A stretch of 64,000 bases of DNA from Ruminococcus sp. (GTDB taxonomy: Bacteria > Bacillota > Clostridia > Oscillospirales > Acutalibacteraceae), in assembly GCA_022779485.1 (NCBI GenBank), contig JALFTC010000013.1:34240-98239 (forward strand). The letters run 5' to 3'. The position numbers and the translations under genes are program-made. Every line of letters starts with the position of its first letter. The first letter of the stretch is position 1. The notes below the pieces were generated by a model. The model saw only the letters and a list, made by a program, of their open reading frames with translations, was not told the DNA's origin and did no database searches. This document shows positions 39,517 through 48,540 of this stretch, piece after piece.

Positions 39517-40038
39517 TTAAATATTATACACTTCCCTGTAAAGCACAGCCTTGATTTTTTCAAACTCATCCTTGTCTATGCTTCCCTTGTAGGTCATTAT
39601 TGCCAATGGAATTGGGGATTTCCCCTTGTGAAAGGGTGGCTGAAAATATTTGTAGTCGTTATAGAAAAATCCGTTCCGTTTGTAAAACTCAATCCGTCTT
39701 TTTGCATTGTCGGTTTCGGGTAACTCCACCTCAAGGCAAAGGGGACAGGATAGCATTTTTGCAACCTCATTTAGTATTTTTGAGCCAAGATTTTTGTTGC
39801 GGTGATGGGAACTGACTGCAAAATGTTCAACATATGCAAAATTTTCAAATTGCCACACTGCAATAAAAGCCGTTATGCCCTTGTCCTCTGAATTTGGCAA
39901 AACATATATAGTATAAAAGGGATTATCCAGGAGTTTCTTCTGCTCCTCATATGTTCTGTATTCTTCCTTTGGAAAACTATCCTTTAATATTTCAAAAACC
40001 TTGTCAAATTCACCATTTTTAATTTTACGAATATTCAT
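39517..40038 (-). CDS. GNAT family N-acetyltransferase (start moved to 40038)
   Basis: YVEHFAVSSHHRNKNLGSKIL acetyl-CoA motif A; RRIEFYKRNGF. Confidence 0.85.
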   Translation of the reverse strand: MNIRKIKNGEFDKVFEILKDSFPKEEYRTYEEQKKLLDNPFYTIYVLPNSEDKGITAFIAVWQFENFAYVEHFAVSSHHRNKNLGSKILNEVAKMLSCPLCLEVELPETDNAKRRIEFYKRNGFFYNDYKYFQPPFHKGKSPIPLAIMTYKGSIDKDEFEKIKAVLYREVYNI

Positions 40039-40110
40039 AACTATAAATTCCTTAGAAAAGGGGCTGTGCAAATCACTTTTTGCAACAGCCCCGATTATGT
40101 TTGTTGAAAA

Positions 40111-41274
40111 TTACTCTGCAACAGATTCCTTGTTGCTTCTGCCGAATTTTTCTTCAATCTTTTTAACTGTAAAATTTAGCAGTTTGTCGTAGCCTATCAG
40201 CTTTTTGATACCCTCTATAACTATGGATGCCCCTAAAGAAACTGCGAAAAGCACTAAAGAAATAAGTGCAAAGTGACGGAAAGAATATGTAAATTCAGGG
40301 AACCAGTAGTGTCTTATAAAGGTGTGTAGCAGGAATATGTTCATTGAGTGCTTGCCGAAGAACATCAGCATTTGGCGGATAATCGGTATACCCACAATAA
40401 ATTCGTAGCAGTAATACACCACAAAAGTGGGAATAACACCGTCGCTTATTTCAAAGCAGTAGTTTGCATATGTACCCTTAAAGGCTGTTCGTGCCATATA
40501 AAAGCCTACAAGAATTGCTGTGGCGATTACAAACTTTATAATCTTGCTGAGCACCTTATTATTTGTAATCATAAAATCCTTTAGCTTTGGAAGTAAATTG
40601 TACTTTGCGAAGATAATTCCAAGGAGAATAGCAAAAACCCAACGGTAGCTGTTGGCAAGCTCGCCAACACGAAAATCCTTTGTAAGGTTGATTATCCTTG
40701 GCAAAAACAGGCATACAAGACTTACAAAGAGTATGTTGTACTTCTTCAGTGCCTTTGCCATAAAGGGTACAACCAAAACTATGAACACAGCAAGTGTCAT
40801 ATACCACCAGGTGTTGTTAAGAGAAGCTGTGCCAAAGAGATTTGACAATCCAAAAAAATCTACAACAATATTGTAAGCACCCCTGAACATACCGTCCCTA
40901 AAGTACTTCATTGTGTGTTCGGGGGCAATGAAAAGGGTGAGAATTTGTGAAAGTATAAACACAAACCAATATCCCCACATCAGCTTAACAAGTCGAGTGT
41001 TCAGGTAATCTGTGTACTGCTTGCTGTTAAGGTTGTATTGTGAGTCGTATTTTTTAAGGGAAACAGTAAGACCGTAGGCACTTAAAAATACAAACATACC
41101 AACGCAAATTTTGAAAAAGTTTGAAATTGGTACAATCAAGCTTTCACTAAAGGGATAAAAGCTCACATCATAATTTGCGAAAAGGGATACATTTCTAAAG
41201 CAATGATGTTGCATCATTATCAGTATGGCTATGCCCTTTACTGCAAGTGTATCGTCTTTAGAGAATTTTGTCAT
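40111..41274 (-). CDS. Acyltransferase-3 (OafA-like) membrane O-acyltransferase
   Basis: KGIAILIMMQHH, CVGMFVFLSAYG, WWY, GKHSMNIFLLH. Confidence 0.82.
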   Translation of the reverse strand: MTKFSKDDTLAVKGIAILIMMQHHCFRNVSLFANYDVSFYPFSESLIVPISNFFKICVGMFVFLSAYGLTVSLKKYDSQYNLNSKQYTDYLNTRLVKLMWGYWFVFILSQILTLFIAPEHTMKYFRDGMFRGAYNIVVDFFGLSNLFGTASLNNTWWYMTLAVFIVLVVPFMAKALKKYNILFVSLVCLFLPRIINLTKDFRVGELANSYRWVFAILLGIIFAKYNLLPKLKDFMITNNKVLSKIIKFVIATAILVGFYMARTAFKGTYANYCFEISDGVIPTFVVYYCYEFIVGIPIIRQMLMFFGKHSMNIFLLHTFIRHYWFPEFTYSFRHFALISLVLFAVSLGASIVIEGIKKLIGYDKLLNFTVKKIEEKFGRSNKESVAE

Positions 41275-42140
41275 TTATTCCCCTCCTTAGAGCCTTTAAT
41301 GTTTTTTTCAATCATAATTTGGGCAATTCTCCTGTCCTCAACCTTAAGAACAGTGAGCTTTAGGTTGTCCTCATATACAACAGGGTGCTGACCCTCGGTT
41401 GGCACTTCCCCTGTCTTTTCCAGTATAAAGCCTGCAATGGTGTCGCAGTCTGTTTCGGGAAAACGGTAGTCAATAAGCTGACTTACATCATCCAGTAGCA
41501 TTGCTCCGTCAACGGTGAACTTGTTGTCGGAAAGCTTTTTTATTTCCTCGTCCTCGTTGTCGTACTCGTCCTGAATATTGCCCATAATGTCCTCAATAAG
41601 GTCCTCAAGGGTGATAATACCCTCTGTACCGCCGTACTCGTCAACTACAATGGCAAGCTGGATTTTTTTCTTTGTCATTTCGGCAAAAAGCTGACTCAAA
41701 TTTTTACTGCGGGGAACGAATGGAACATCCCTTGTGATGTCGGTAATTTTAAAGTCCTCGGGTACGCTTGAACACACAAATTTCAGCAAATCCTTAACAT
41801 ACAGAATACCCACAATGTTGTCTATATCCTGATGAAAAACAGGTATTCTTGAATGTCCGCTTTCTATTGCAACTGACACAACCTTTTCAAGAGGTTCGTT
41901 GTCCTCAACCGCTGTCATTTCTGTTCGGTGAGTCATTATTTCCGAAACAGTTGTGTCGTCAAAGTCAAAGATATTTTCAATAAAGCTTTTTGTTTCGTCC
42001 TTAAAGTAACCCTTTTCTCTGCCCTCATCTACAAGGCTAAGGATTTCTTCTTCCGTTTTATGCTCTTCCTCGGCTTTGCTTTTGCCTCCGAATAATTTGT
42101 CAAAAAATGATTTTTTAGAGCCACCTGCGTCGTCAGGCAT
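41271..42140 (-). CDS. CBS-pair plus CorC/HlyC domain protein lacking the N-terminal DUF21 membrane domain
   Basis: VSEIMTHRTEM, SGHSRIPV, VVDEYGGTEGIITLEDLIE, TIAGF. Confidence 0.85.
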   Translation of the reverse strand: MPDDAGGSKKSFFDKLFGGKSKAEEEHKTEEEILSLVDEGREKGYFKDETKSFIENIFDFDDTTVSEIMTHRTEMTAVEDNEPLEKVVSVAIESGHSRIPVFHQDIDNIVGILYVKDLLKFVCSSVPEDFKITDITRDVPFVPRSKNLSQLFAEMTKKKIQLAIVVDEYGGTEGIITLEDLIEDIMGNIQDEYDNEDEEIKKLSDNKFTVDGAMLLDDVSQLIDYRFPETDCDTIAGFILEKTGEVPTEGQHPVVYEDNLKLTVLKVEDRRIAQIMIEKNIKGSKEGNK

Positions 42141-42270
42141 TTATAACTCAATCCTTTCAATAATTATGTAATATTTTTCCTACATTTAACATATGTTAGA
42201 CTTATTTTTGTTCTAACACATTGAGTGTACATAAAAAACGAATATTTGTCAAATTATTTGAGTTTTTTGC

Positions 42271-42299
42271 TTTACTTTTTCGGAAAAAGGTGATAGTAT
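42271..42299 (+). promoter_or_regulatory. Putative PFOR promoter
   Basis: TTTACT-17 bp-TAGTAT with a TG extension. Confidence 0.5.
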
Positions 42300-42404
42300 A
42301 AAAATGATACATTAGGTATCTTTGAATAAACTGATTTTGTGCATTATTGCTATTCTCACAGCAACGCTGTGGGAGCGCACATATATTTAAGGAGGAAAAA
42401 TCCA

Positions 42405-45400
42405 ATGGCAAGAAAAATGAAAACAATGGATGGTAACAGCGCTGCGGCTCATGTGTCCTATGCCTTTACCGATGTAGCTGCTATCTATCCTATTACACCA
42501 TCTTCTGTTATGGCTGACGAAACAGACAAGTACGCAACAGCCGGCAGAAAGAACCTCTTTGGAAGAGAAGTTCAGGTTACAGAGATGCAGAGTGAGGGCG
42601 GCGCCGCCGGTGCAGTTCACGGTTCTCTGACAGCAGGTGCTCTTACAACTACATACACAGCATCACAGGGTCTGCTGCTTATGATTCCTAATATGTATAA
42701 AATGGCAGGTGAGCTTTTGCCGTCTGTTATTCACGTATCAGCTCGTGCTCTTACAAGCCACGCACTTTCTATCTTCGGTGACCACTCCGATATTTATGCC
42801 TGCCGTCAGACAGGTTACGCAATGCTTTGTTCCAACAACCCACAGGAGGTTATGGACTTGGCTGCAGTTGCTCACCTTGCAACAATCAAGGGCTCTGTTC
42901 CTTTCCTACACTTCTTTGACGGTTTCCGTACATCCCACGAAATTCAGAAGATTGAATACTGGGATTACGAGGATTTGGGCGATATGCTTGACTGGGATGC
43001 TGTTGAGGCATACAGAAAGCGTTCTCTAAACCCTGAGCATCCACACATTCGTGGTACAGCACAGAACGACGACATCTTCTTCCAGGCAAGAGAAGCTTGT
43101 AACAAGTATTACGACGCTATCCCTGAAGTAGTTGTTGAATATATGAACAAGGTAAACGCAAAGCTTGGCACTAACTACAAGCCATTCAACTACTACGGCG
43201 CAGAGGACGCAGAGCATGTTATCGTTGCTATGGGTTCTGTTTGTGACTGTGCAGAAGAGGTTGTAGATTACCTTAATGCTTCCGGCGAAAAGGTTGGTCT
43301 TTTGAAGGTTCATCTTTACAGACCATTTGTTGCCGACTATCTCCTGTCCGAGCTTCCAAAGACTGTTAAGACCCTTTCCGTTCTTGACAGAACTAAGGAA
43401 CCCGGCTCAATCGGCGAACCACTTTACCTTGATGTTCTTGCAGCTATCAACGCATCCGAGTTTGCTAATGTATCTGTATTCACAGGTCGTTACGGACTTG
43501 GCTCCAAGGATACAACACCGGGCGACATTATTGCTGTTTACAGAAACGCTCAGTCACCAACACCTAAGAGAAGATTTACAATCGGCATTGTTGACGATGT
43601 TACAAATCTTTCACTTCCAATCGTTGAAAATCCTGACACAACTCCAAAGGGTACAACCTCTTGTAAGTTCTGGGGTCTTGGTGCTGACGGTACTGTTGGC
43701 GCTAACAAGAACTCCATCAAGATTATCGGCGACCACACAGATATGTATGCACAGGGCTACTTTGCATACGACTCCAAAAAATCAGGCGGACTTACAGTTT
43801 CTCACCTTCGTTTCGGTGACCAGCCGATTAAGTCCACATACTATATCTCAAAGGCTGACTTCGTAGCCTGTCACAACCCATCTTATGTTGATAAGTATGA
43901 GATTGTTGAAGACCTTAAGGAAGGCGGTTCATTCCTGCTCAACTGTCCTTGGGAGGGCGAAGAGCTTTCAGAAAGACTTCCTGCTAAAATGAAGAAGATG
44001 ATTGCAGACAAGAAAATCAACTTCTACACAATTGACGGTATCAAGCTTGGTAAGGAAATCGGACTTGGAACAAGAATTAACACAATTCTCCAGTCTGCAT
44101 TCTTCAAGATTGCCGACATTATCCCTGCTGAGGACGCAAAGCAGTACCTTAAGGACGCTGCAACAAAGTCATACAGCAAAAAGGGTCAGGCTATCGTTGA
44201 TATGAACCACAAGGCTATTGATATGGGTATGGAAAGCTTTGTTAAGGTTGATGTTCCTGCCGACTGGGCAAACGCTGTTGACGAAAAAGTTGACACAGTT
44301 GTTACAGAGGGCAGAAAAGAAGTTGTTGACTATGTTAACACAATCCTTAACCCTGTTAACGCTTACAAGGGCAACAGCCTTCCTGTATCTGCATTTATGG
44401 ATTATGTTGACGGTGAAGCTCCACAGGGCTCTGCCGCTTACGAAAAGAGAGGTATTGCAGTTGATGTTCCTGAATGGAATCCAACAGCCTGTGTACAGTG
44501 TAACATCTGTTCAATGGTTTGTCCTCACGCTGTAATCCGTCCAATCGCTATGACAGAGGAAGAGCTTGCTAAGGCTCCTGCAAATACAAAGTCAGCAGAT
44601 ATGCGTCCTGCAAACGGTATGAAGTTTGTTATGGCTATCTCAACCCTTGACTGTACAGGCTGTGGCGCTTGCGTTAAGTCCTGTCTTGGCAACAAGAAGC
44701 CTGAAAATCAGGCACTTGTTATGAAGCCAATCGACTCTCAAAGACCAATGCAGGAAGTATTTGACTATGCTATCACTACTTCCGACAAGCCTGAAATTGC
44801 AACAGACGCAACTGTTAAGAGTGCACAGTTCAAACAGCCTCTCCTTGAATTCTCAGGTGCTTGTGCAGGCTGTGGTGAAACACCATATGCAAAACTTGTA
44901 ACACAGCTCTACGGTGACAGAATGTTCATTGCTAACGCAACAGGCTGTTCATCAATTTGGGGTGGTTCTGCTCCTGCAACACCTTACACAGTTAACAAGA
45001 AGGGCTTTGGTCCTGCATGGCACAACTCCCTCTTTGAAGATAACGCTGAGTTTGGTCTTGGTATGACACTTGGTCAGCAGGCAATTCAGGACAGACTTGT
45101 TGGCTATGTTGACCAGATTAGCGAAATGACAGCTGACGAGGCTCTTAAGACAGCTATTGCCGACTATAAGGCAACACTTACAGATTCCGGCAAGTCAAGA
45201 GTTGCAACAGACGCTCTTATCTCCGCACTTGAGGCTACATCAGCCGAGGGCGAGCTTAAGGAAACAATCGACAAGACACTTGCCGAGAAGGATTCACTTG
45301 CTAAGAAGTCAATGTGGATATTCGGCGGTGACGGCTGGGCATACGACATCGGTTACGGTGGACTTGACCATGTTATCGCATCAGGCAAGAATGTAAACAT

Positions 45401-45965
45401 TGTTGTATTCGATACAGAGGTTTATTCCAACACAGGCGGACAGGCTTCCAAGGCATCTCCAATCGGTGCTATTGCACAGTTTGCAGCCGGCGGTAAGACA
45501 ACAAAGAAGAAAGACCTTGCTGCAATGGCTATGAGCTACGGCTATGTTTACACAGCACAGGTAGCTATGGGTGCTAACTACAACCAGTGCTTAAAGGCAT
45601 TTAAGGAAGCAGAGTCCTACAACGGTCCTTCACTCATCATCTGCTACGCACCATGTATCAACCACGGTATCAAGGGTGGTATGGGAATTGCACAGTTTGA
45701 AGAGAAAAAGGCTGTTGACGCAGGTTACTGGAATATCTTTAGATATGACCCAAGACTTGCCGAAGAGGGCAAAAACCCATTCCAGCTTGACTGCAAGGCT
45801 CCGACAATTCCTTACAAGGACTTCATTATGGGCGAGGTTCGTTACAACGCTCTCCAGAGAAGTAATCCTGAAAAGGCAGAAAAGCTCTTTGCAGAGGCTG
45901 AGGAGATTGCTGCTAAGAAGTACGCTCACCTCACATATCTTGCTGAGCCAACAGAGAATAAGTAA
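42405..45965 (+). CDS. nifJ: Pyruvate:ferredoxin/flavodoxin oxidoreductase (start moved to ATG 42405)
   Basis: YPITPSS, EMQSEGGAAG, two ferredoxin CxxCxxC motifs, ACAGCGET, GGDGWAYDIG, DTEVYSNTGGQ. Confidence 0.96.
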   Translation: MARKMKTMDGNSAAAHVSYAFTDVAAIYPITPSSVMADETDKYATAGRKNLFGREVQVTEMQSEGGAAGAVHGSLTAGALTTTYTASQGLLLMIPNMYKMAGELLPSVIHVSARALTSHALSIFGDHSDIYACRQTGYAMLCSNNPQEVMDLAAVAHLATIKGSVPFLHFFDGFRTSHEIQKIEYWDYEDLGDMLDWDAVEAYRKRSLNPEHPHIRGTAQNDDIFFQAREACNKYYDAIPEVVVEYMNKVNAKLGTNYKPFNYYGAEDAEHVIVAMGSVCDCAEEVVDYLNASGEKVGLLKVHLYRPFVADYLLSELPKTVKTLSVLDRTKEPGSIGEPLYLDVLAAINASEFANVSVFTGRYGLGSKDTTPGDIIAVYRNAQSPTPKRRFTIGIVDDVTNLSLPIVENPDTTPKGTTSCKFWGLGADGTVGANKNSIKIIGDHTDMYAQGYFAYDSKKSGGLTVSHLRFGDQPIKSTYYISKADFVACHNPSYVDKYEIVEDLKEGGSFLLNCPWEGEELSERLPAKMKKMIADKKINFYTIDGIKLGKEIGLGTRINTILQSAFFKIADIIPAEDAKQYLKDAATKSYSKKGQAIVDMNHKAIDMGMESFVKVDVPADWANAVDEKVDTVVTEGRKEVVDYVNTILNPVNAYKGNSLPVSAFMDYVDGEAPQGSAAYEKRGIAVDVPEWNPTACVQCNICSMVCPHAVIRPIAMTEEELAKAPANTKSADMRPANGMKFVMAISTLDCTGCGACVKSCLGNKKPENQALVMKPIDSQRPMQEVFDYAITTSDKPEIATDATVKSAQFKQPLLEFSGACAGCGETPYAKLVTQLYGDRMFIANATGCSSIWGGSAPATPYTVNKKGFGPAWHNSLFEDNAEFGLGMTLGQQAIQDRLVGYVDQISEMTADEALKTAIADYKATLTDSGKSRVATDALISALEATSAEGELKETIDKTLAEKDSLAKKSMWIFGGDGWAYDIGYGGLDHVIASGKNVNIVVFDTEVYSNTGGQASKASPIGAIAQFAAGGKTTKKKDLAAMAMSYGYVYTAQVAMGANYNQCLKAFKEAESYNGPSLIICYAPCINHGIKGGMGIAQFEEKKAVDAGYWNIFRYDPRLAEEGKNPFQLDCKAPTIPYKDFIMGEVRYNALQRSNPEKAEKLFAEAEEIAAKKYAHLTYLAEPTENK

Positions 45966-46006
45966 TTAAAATCTGTCAGTAAAATAGATTGTTAATTAAA
46001 TAAAAC

Positions 46007-46045
46007 AACCGCCGTATCCATATGGGTACGGCGGTTTGCATTTGT
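46007..46045 (+). terminator. PFOR terminator
   Basis: AACCGCCGTATCC/GGGTACGGCGGTT followed by a T-rich run. Confidence 0.75.
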
Positions 46046-46056
46046 TTCCCTAAAAA

Positions 46057-46461
46057 TGTCATTCAGAGGGAGCGAAGCGACTGAAGAATCTTAACGGACA
46101 GCAGTTTTGCCTAAATCGACACTAACAGGTTAGATGAAAGTATGGACTAAACAAAGCCTCCATCGGATGAGGGAGGTGGCACGGCTTTAGCCGTGACGGA
46201 GGGAGTGAAAAAGTAGTCAATGTATCTTTGTATGTCTTTAGATAACAAGGTTTAAGTCAAAACAATAAACCAAACTATCAACAAAGGACAAAATGAGCAA
46301 AAGAGGAAAGTTTTTCCCTCCTTCCCCCGCAAGCGGTCCCCCTTTTTCTGGCGAAAACGGCAAACCCTTTGTCACTTCGTGACATTTCCCTTAGCAGGGA
46401 ATACTCCTTTGATGGAGGCTATCTGTAACTCAAATTGCCTACTACCTGTCATTCCGAGCCA
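46057..46461 (-). repeat. REP/BIME-like mosaic element, copy C (inverted; carries an extra REP-like hairpin module)
   Basis: Reverse complement is colinear with A/B/D; extra CCCTGCTAAGGGAAATGTCACGAAGTGACAAAGGG block. Confidence 0.85.
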
Positions 46462-47184
46462 CTACACCTTAATTTCTCCAAGCACTTCTCCAACCTTTTT
46501 GTGAATAACAAGGTCTGCTTTTTGGTCGGCTGAAGTTTTGGTGAGGTTTATCAGCACAAGGTGGTTGCCCTTAAAAAATTTTATAAATCCGGCGGCAGGG
46601 AAAACTGCAAGGCTTGTCCCGGCAATAATCATTGTGTCTGCCTGTGAAATAGCCGTAAGTGCGTGTGTGACGGTTTTGTCGTCAAGCCCCTCCTGATAAA
46701 GTACTACATCAGGCTTGATAATCCCCCCACAATGGGTGCATTTCGGTATTCCCTTGCAATCCTTTATAAACTGCGGTTCAAAAAACTTGTGACAGTTAAT
46801 GCAGTAGTTTCTATGTATACTGCCATGCAGCTCGTAAACTGTATGGCTGCCGGCTTTTTGATGCAGACCGTCAATGTTTTGGGTGACAACCGCCCGCAAT
46901 TTTCCTGCCTTTTCAAGCTGTGCAAGCTTTTTGTGGGCAATGTTTGGCTGTGCGTCAAGTATCAGCATTTTGTCACGGTAAAAGTCGTAAAAATCCTCTG
47001 TTTTAGAGAAGAAAAAGTCGTGGCTTATAATCTCCTCCGGTGGGAATTTGTACTTCATATTGTACAGTCCGTCAACAGAGCGAAAGTCGGGAATACCGCT
47101 TTCGGTGCTTACTCCCGCACCGCCGAAAAATACAATATTATTGCTGTTGTCAATAATCTGTTGTAGCTTTTCAATGTCGGTCAT
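46462..47184 (-). CDS. cobB: NAD-dependent protein deacylase (sirtuin)
   Basis: GGAGVSTESGIPDFRS, TQNIDGLHQ, HGS, CxxC..CxxC, KPDVVLY, GTSL. Confidence 0.93.
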   Translation of the reverse strand: MTDIEKLQQIIDNSNNIVFFGGAGVSTESGIPDFRSVDGLYNMKYKFPPEEIISHDFFFSKTEDFYDFYRDKMLILDAQPNIAHKKLAQLEKAGKLRAVVTQNIDGLHQKAGSHTVYELHGSIHRNYCINCHKFFEPQFIKDCKGIPKCTHCGGIIKPDVVLYQEGLDDKTVTHALTAISQADTMIIAGTSLAVFPAAGFIKFFKGNHLVLINLTKTSADQKADLVIHKKVGEVLGEIKV

Positions 47185-47288
47185 TTTATCACCTCAAAAT
47201 TTAAAAGTTAAGGGTTATAGGGGGGGAGTGTTTGTTACATATAGCCTAATTGAAGTGGTCAATTAAGGAAAAATTCACACACTATAAT

Positions 47289-47474
47289 CCGAGCTACAAC
47301 CCTGTCATTCCGAGCCACAACCCTGTCATTCCGAGCTTGTCGAGGAATCCCCTGCCTCCACAAATTATTTTGTTAGAGAAATCACACTTTCCTATAACCT
47401 GATAGTGTGGATTTATGCACTACTGCTATCCTTTTAGATTCCTCGGTCACTTCGTTTCCTCGGAATGACAGGGT
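47289..47474. repeat. REPIN-like inverted doublet with a 21-bp tandem expansion (copy E)
   Basis: CCGAGCYACAACCCTGTCATT x2 (47289-47330); ACCCTGTCATTCCGAG (47320-35) pairs perfectly with CTCGGAATGACAGGGT (47459-74); the right ~75 bp match the right end of copies A-D. Confidence 0.85.
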
Positions 47475-47485
47475 GGGTATCTTTT

Positions 47486-48427
47486 TCAATCCGGCTTTAT
47501 CCCCGAAAAATACTCGTCCAAAAGGTCACAGCTGTCGTTTAGCTTGTTAATTTCTTTTCCTGTTAAAGAAAGCTCAATCAGTGACTTTACACCGTCCTTG
47601 TTAATGATTGCAGGATTCCCCAAAAATGTGTCCTGTCTGCCGTAGCTGCCGTTTAGCTTGCAGGAAACTGTGAGGACAGAATTTTCATTCTCCAAAATTG
47701 CTCGGCAAATTTGAACAATAGCCATACCTATACCATAGTAGGTTGCACCCTTTGCTTCAATGATTTGGTAGGCTGAGTTCCTCACTTCCTCCTCAATTTT
47801 AATAAGGTCGGACATATTGTACAACTTAGGATTGTCAAGGAGAACATCGTTGACAGGCTTTGTTGACAAAAGTGCCTGACTCCAGGGAACAAACTCGGTG
47901 TCGCCATGCTCACCCATAACATATGCGTGAACACTGCGGGGGTTTAGGTCAAAATATTCTCCCAAAAGGTACCTAAGCCTTGCCGAGTCAAGTGTTGTGC
48001 CTGTACCCAGCACCCTGCCACAGGGAAACCCCGACAGGTGGGCTGTAACCCTTGTCATTATATCAACAGGGTTCGTTGCAACAAGGAAAATCCCCTCAAA
48101 TCCGCTTTCGCAAATTGGCTTGACAATGGACTGAAAAACCTGTGTGTTGCGGTTGAGAAGCTCAAGTCGTGTTTCACCCTTTTTCTGTGGAACACCGGCG
48201 CAGATAACCACAACATCAGCGTCCTTGCAGTTGCTGTATTCCCCGGGATAAATCTTCATTGACGACCTTGAAAAAGCAAGTCCGTGGTTTAAATCCATAG
48301 CCTCGCCAACGGCACGCTCCTTGTTAATGTCAATCAAAACAAGCTCGTCACAAAGATTTTGATTAAGGCAGGCATAGGCAAAGCTCATTCCAACCATTCC
48401 TGTGCCAACAAGAACTATTTTTTTCAT
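47486..48427 (-). CDS. ldh: L-lactate dehydrogenase
   Basis: VGTGMVG, DLNHG, AGVPQKKGETRL, ATNPVD, GTTLDSAR, GEHGD. Confidence 0.93.
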   Translation of the reverse strand: MKKIVLVGTGMVGMSFAYACLNQNLCDELVLIDINKERAVGEAMDLNHGLAFSRSSMKIYPGEYSNCKDADVVVICAGVPQKKGETRLELLNRNTQVFQSIVKPICESGFEGIFLVATNPVDIMTRVTAHLSGFPCGRVLGTGTTLDSARLRYLLGEYFDLNPRSVHAYVMGEHGDTEFVPWSQALLSTKPVNDVLLDNPKLYNMSDLIKIEEEVRNSAYQIIEAKGATYYGIGMAIVQICRAILENENSVLTVSCKLNGSYGRQDTFLGNPAIINKDGVKSLIELSLTGKEINKLNDSCDLLDEYFSGIKPD

Positions 48428-48490
48428 TACTATTTGTCCTTTCCATTATAACATATTTTACTAAATTTTTAAAGGTCTTGATTATTTTCA

Positions 48491-48519
48491 TTGATATGAA
48501 TTGTAAGTGGTGGTATAAT
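48491..48519 (+). promoter_or_regulatory. Promoter of the CLC-HAD-Cof unit
   Basis: TTGATA-17 bp-TATAAT; RBS GGAGA then ATG 48541. Confidence 0.7.
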
Positions 48520-48540
48520 AAATCCACGGGAGATGGAACA

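Noticed and set aside
47289-47349. Possible CRISPR array
   Set aside because: Units are directly adjacent with no unique spacers, only ~2.3 copies, and there are no cas genes.
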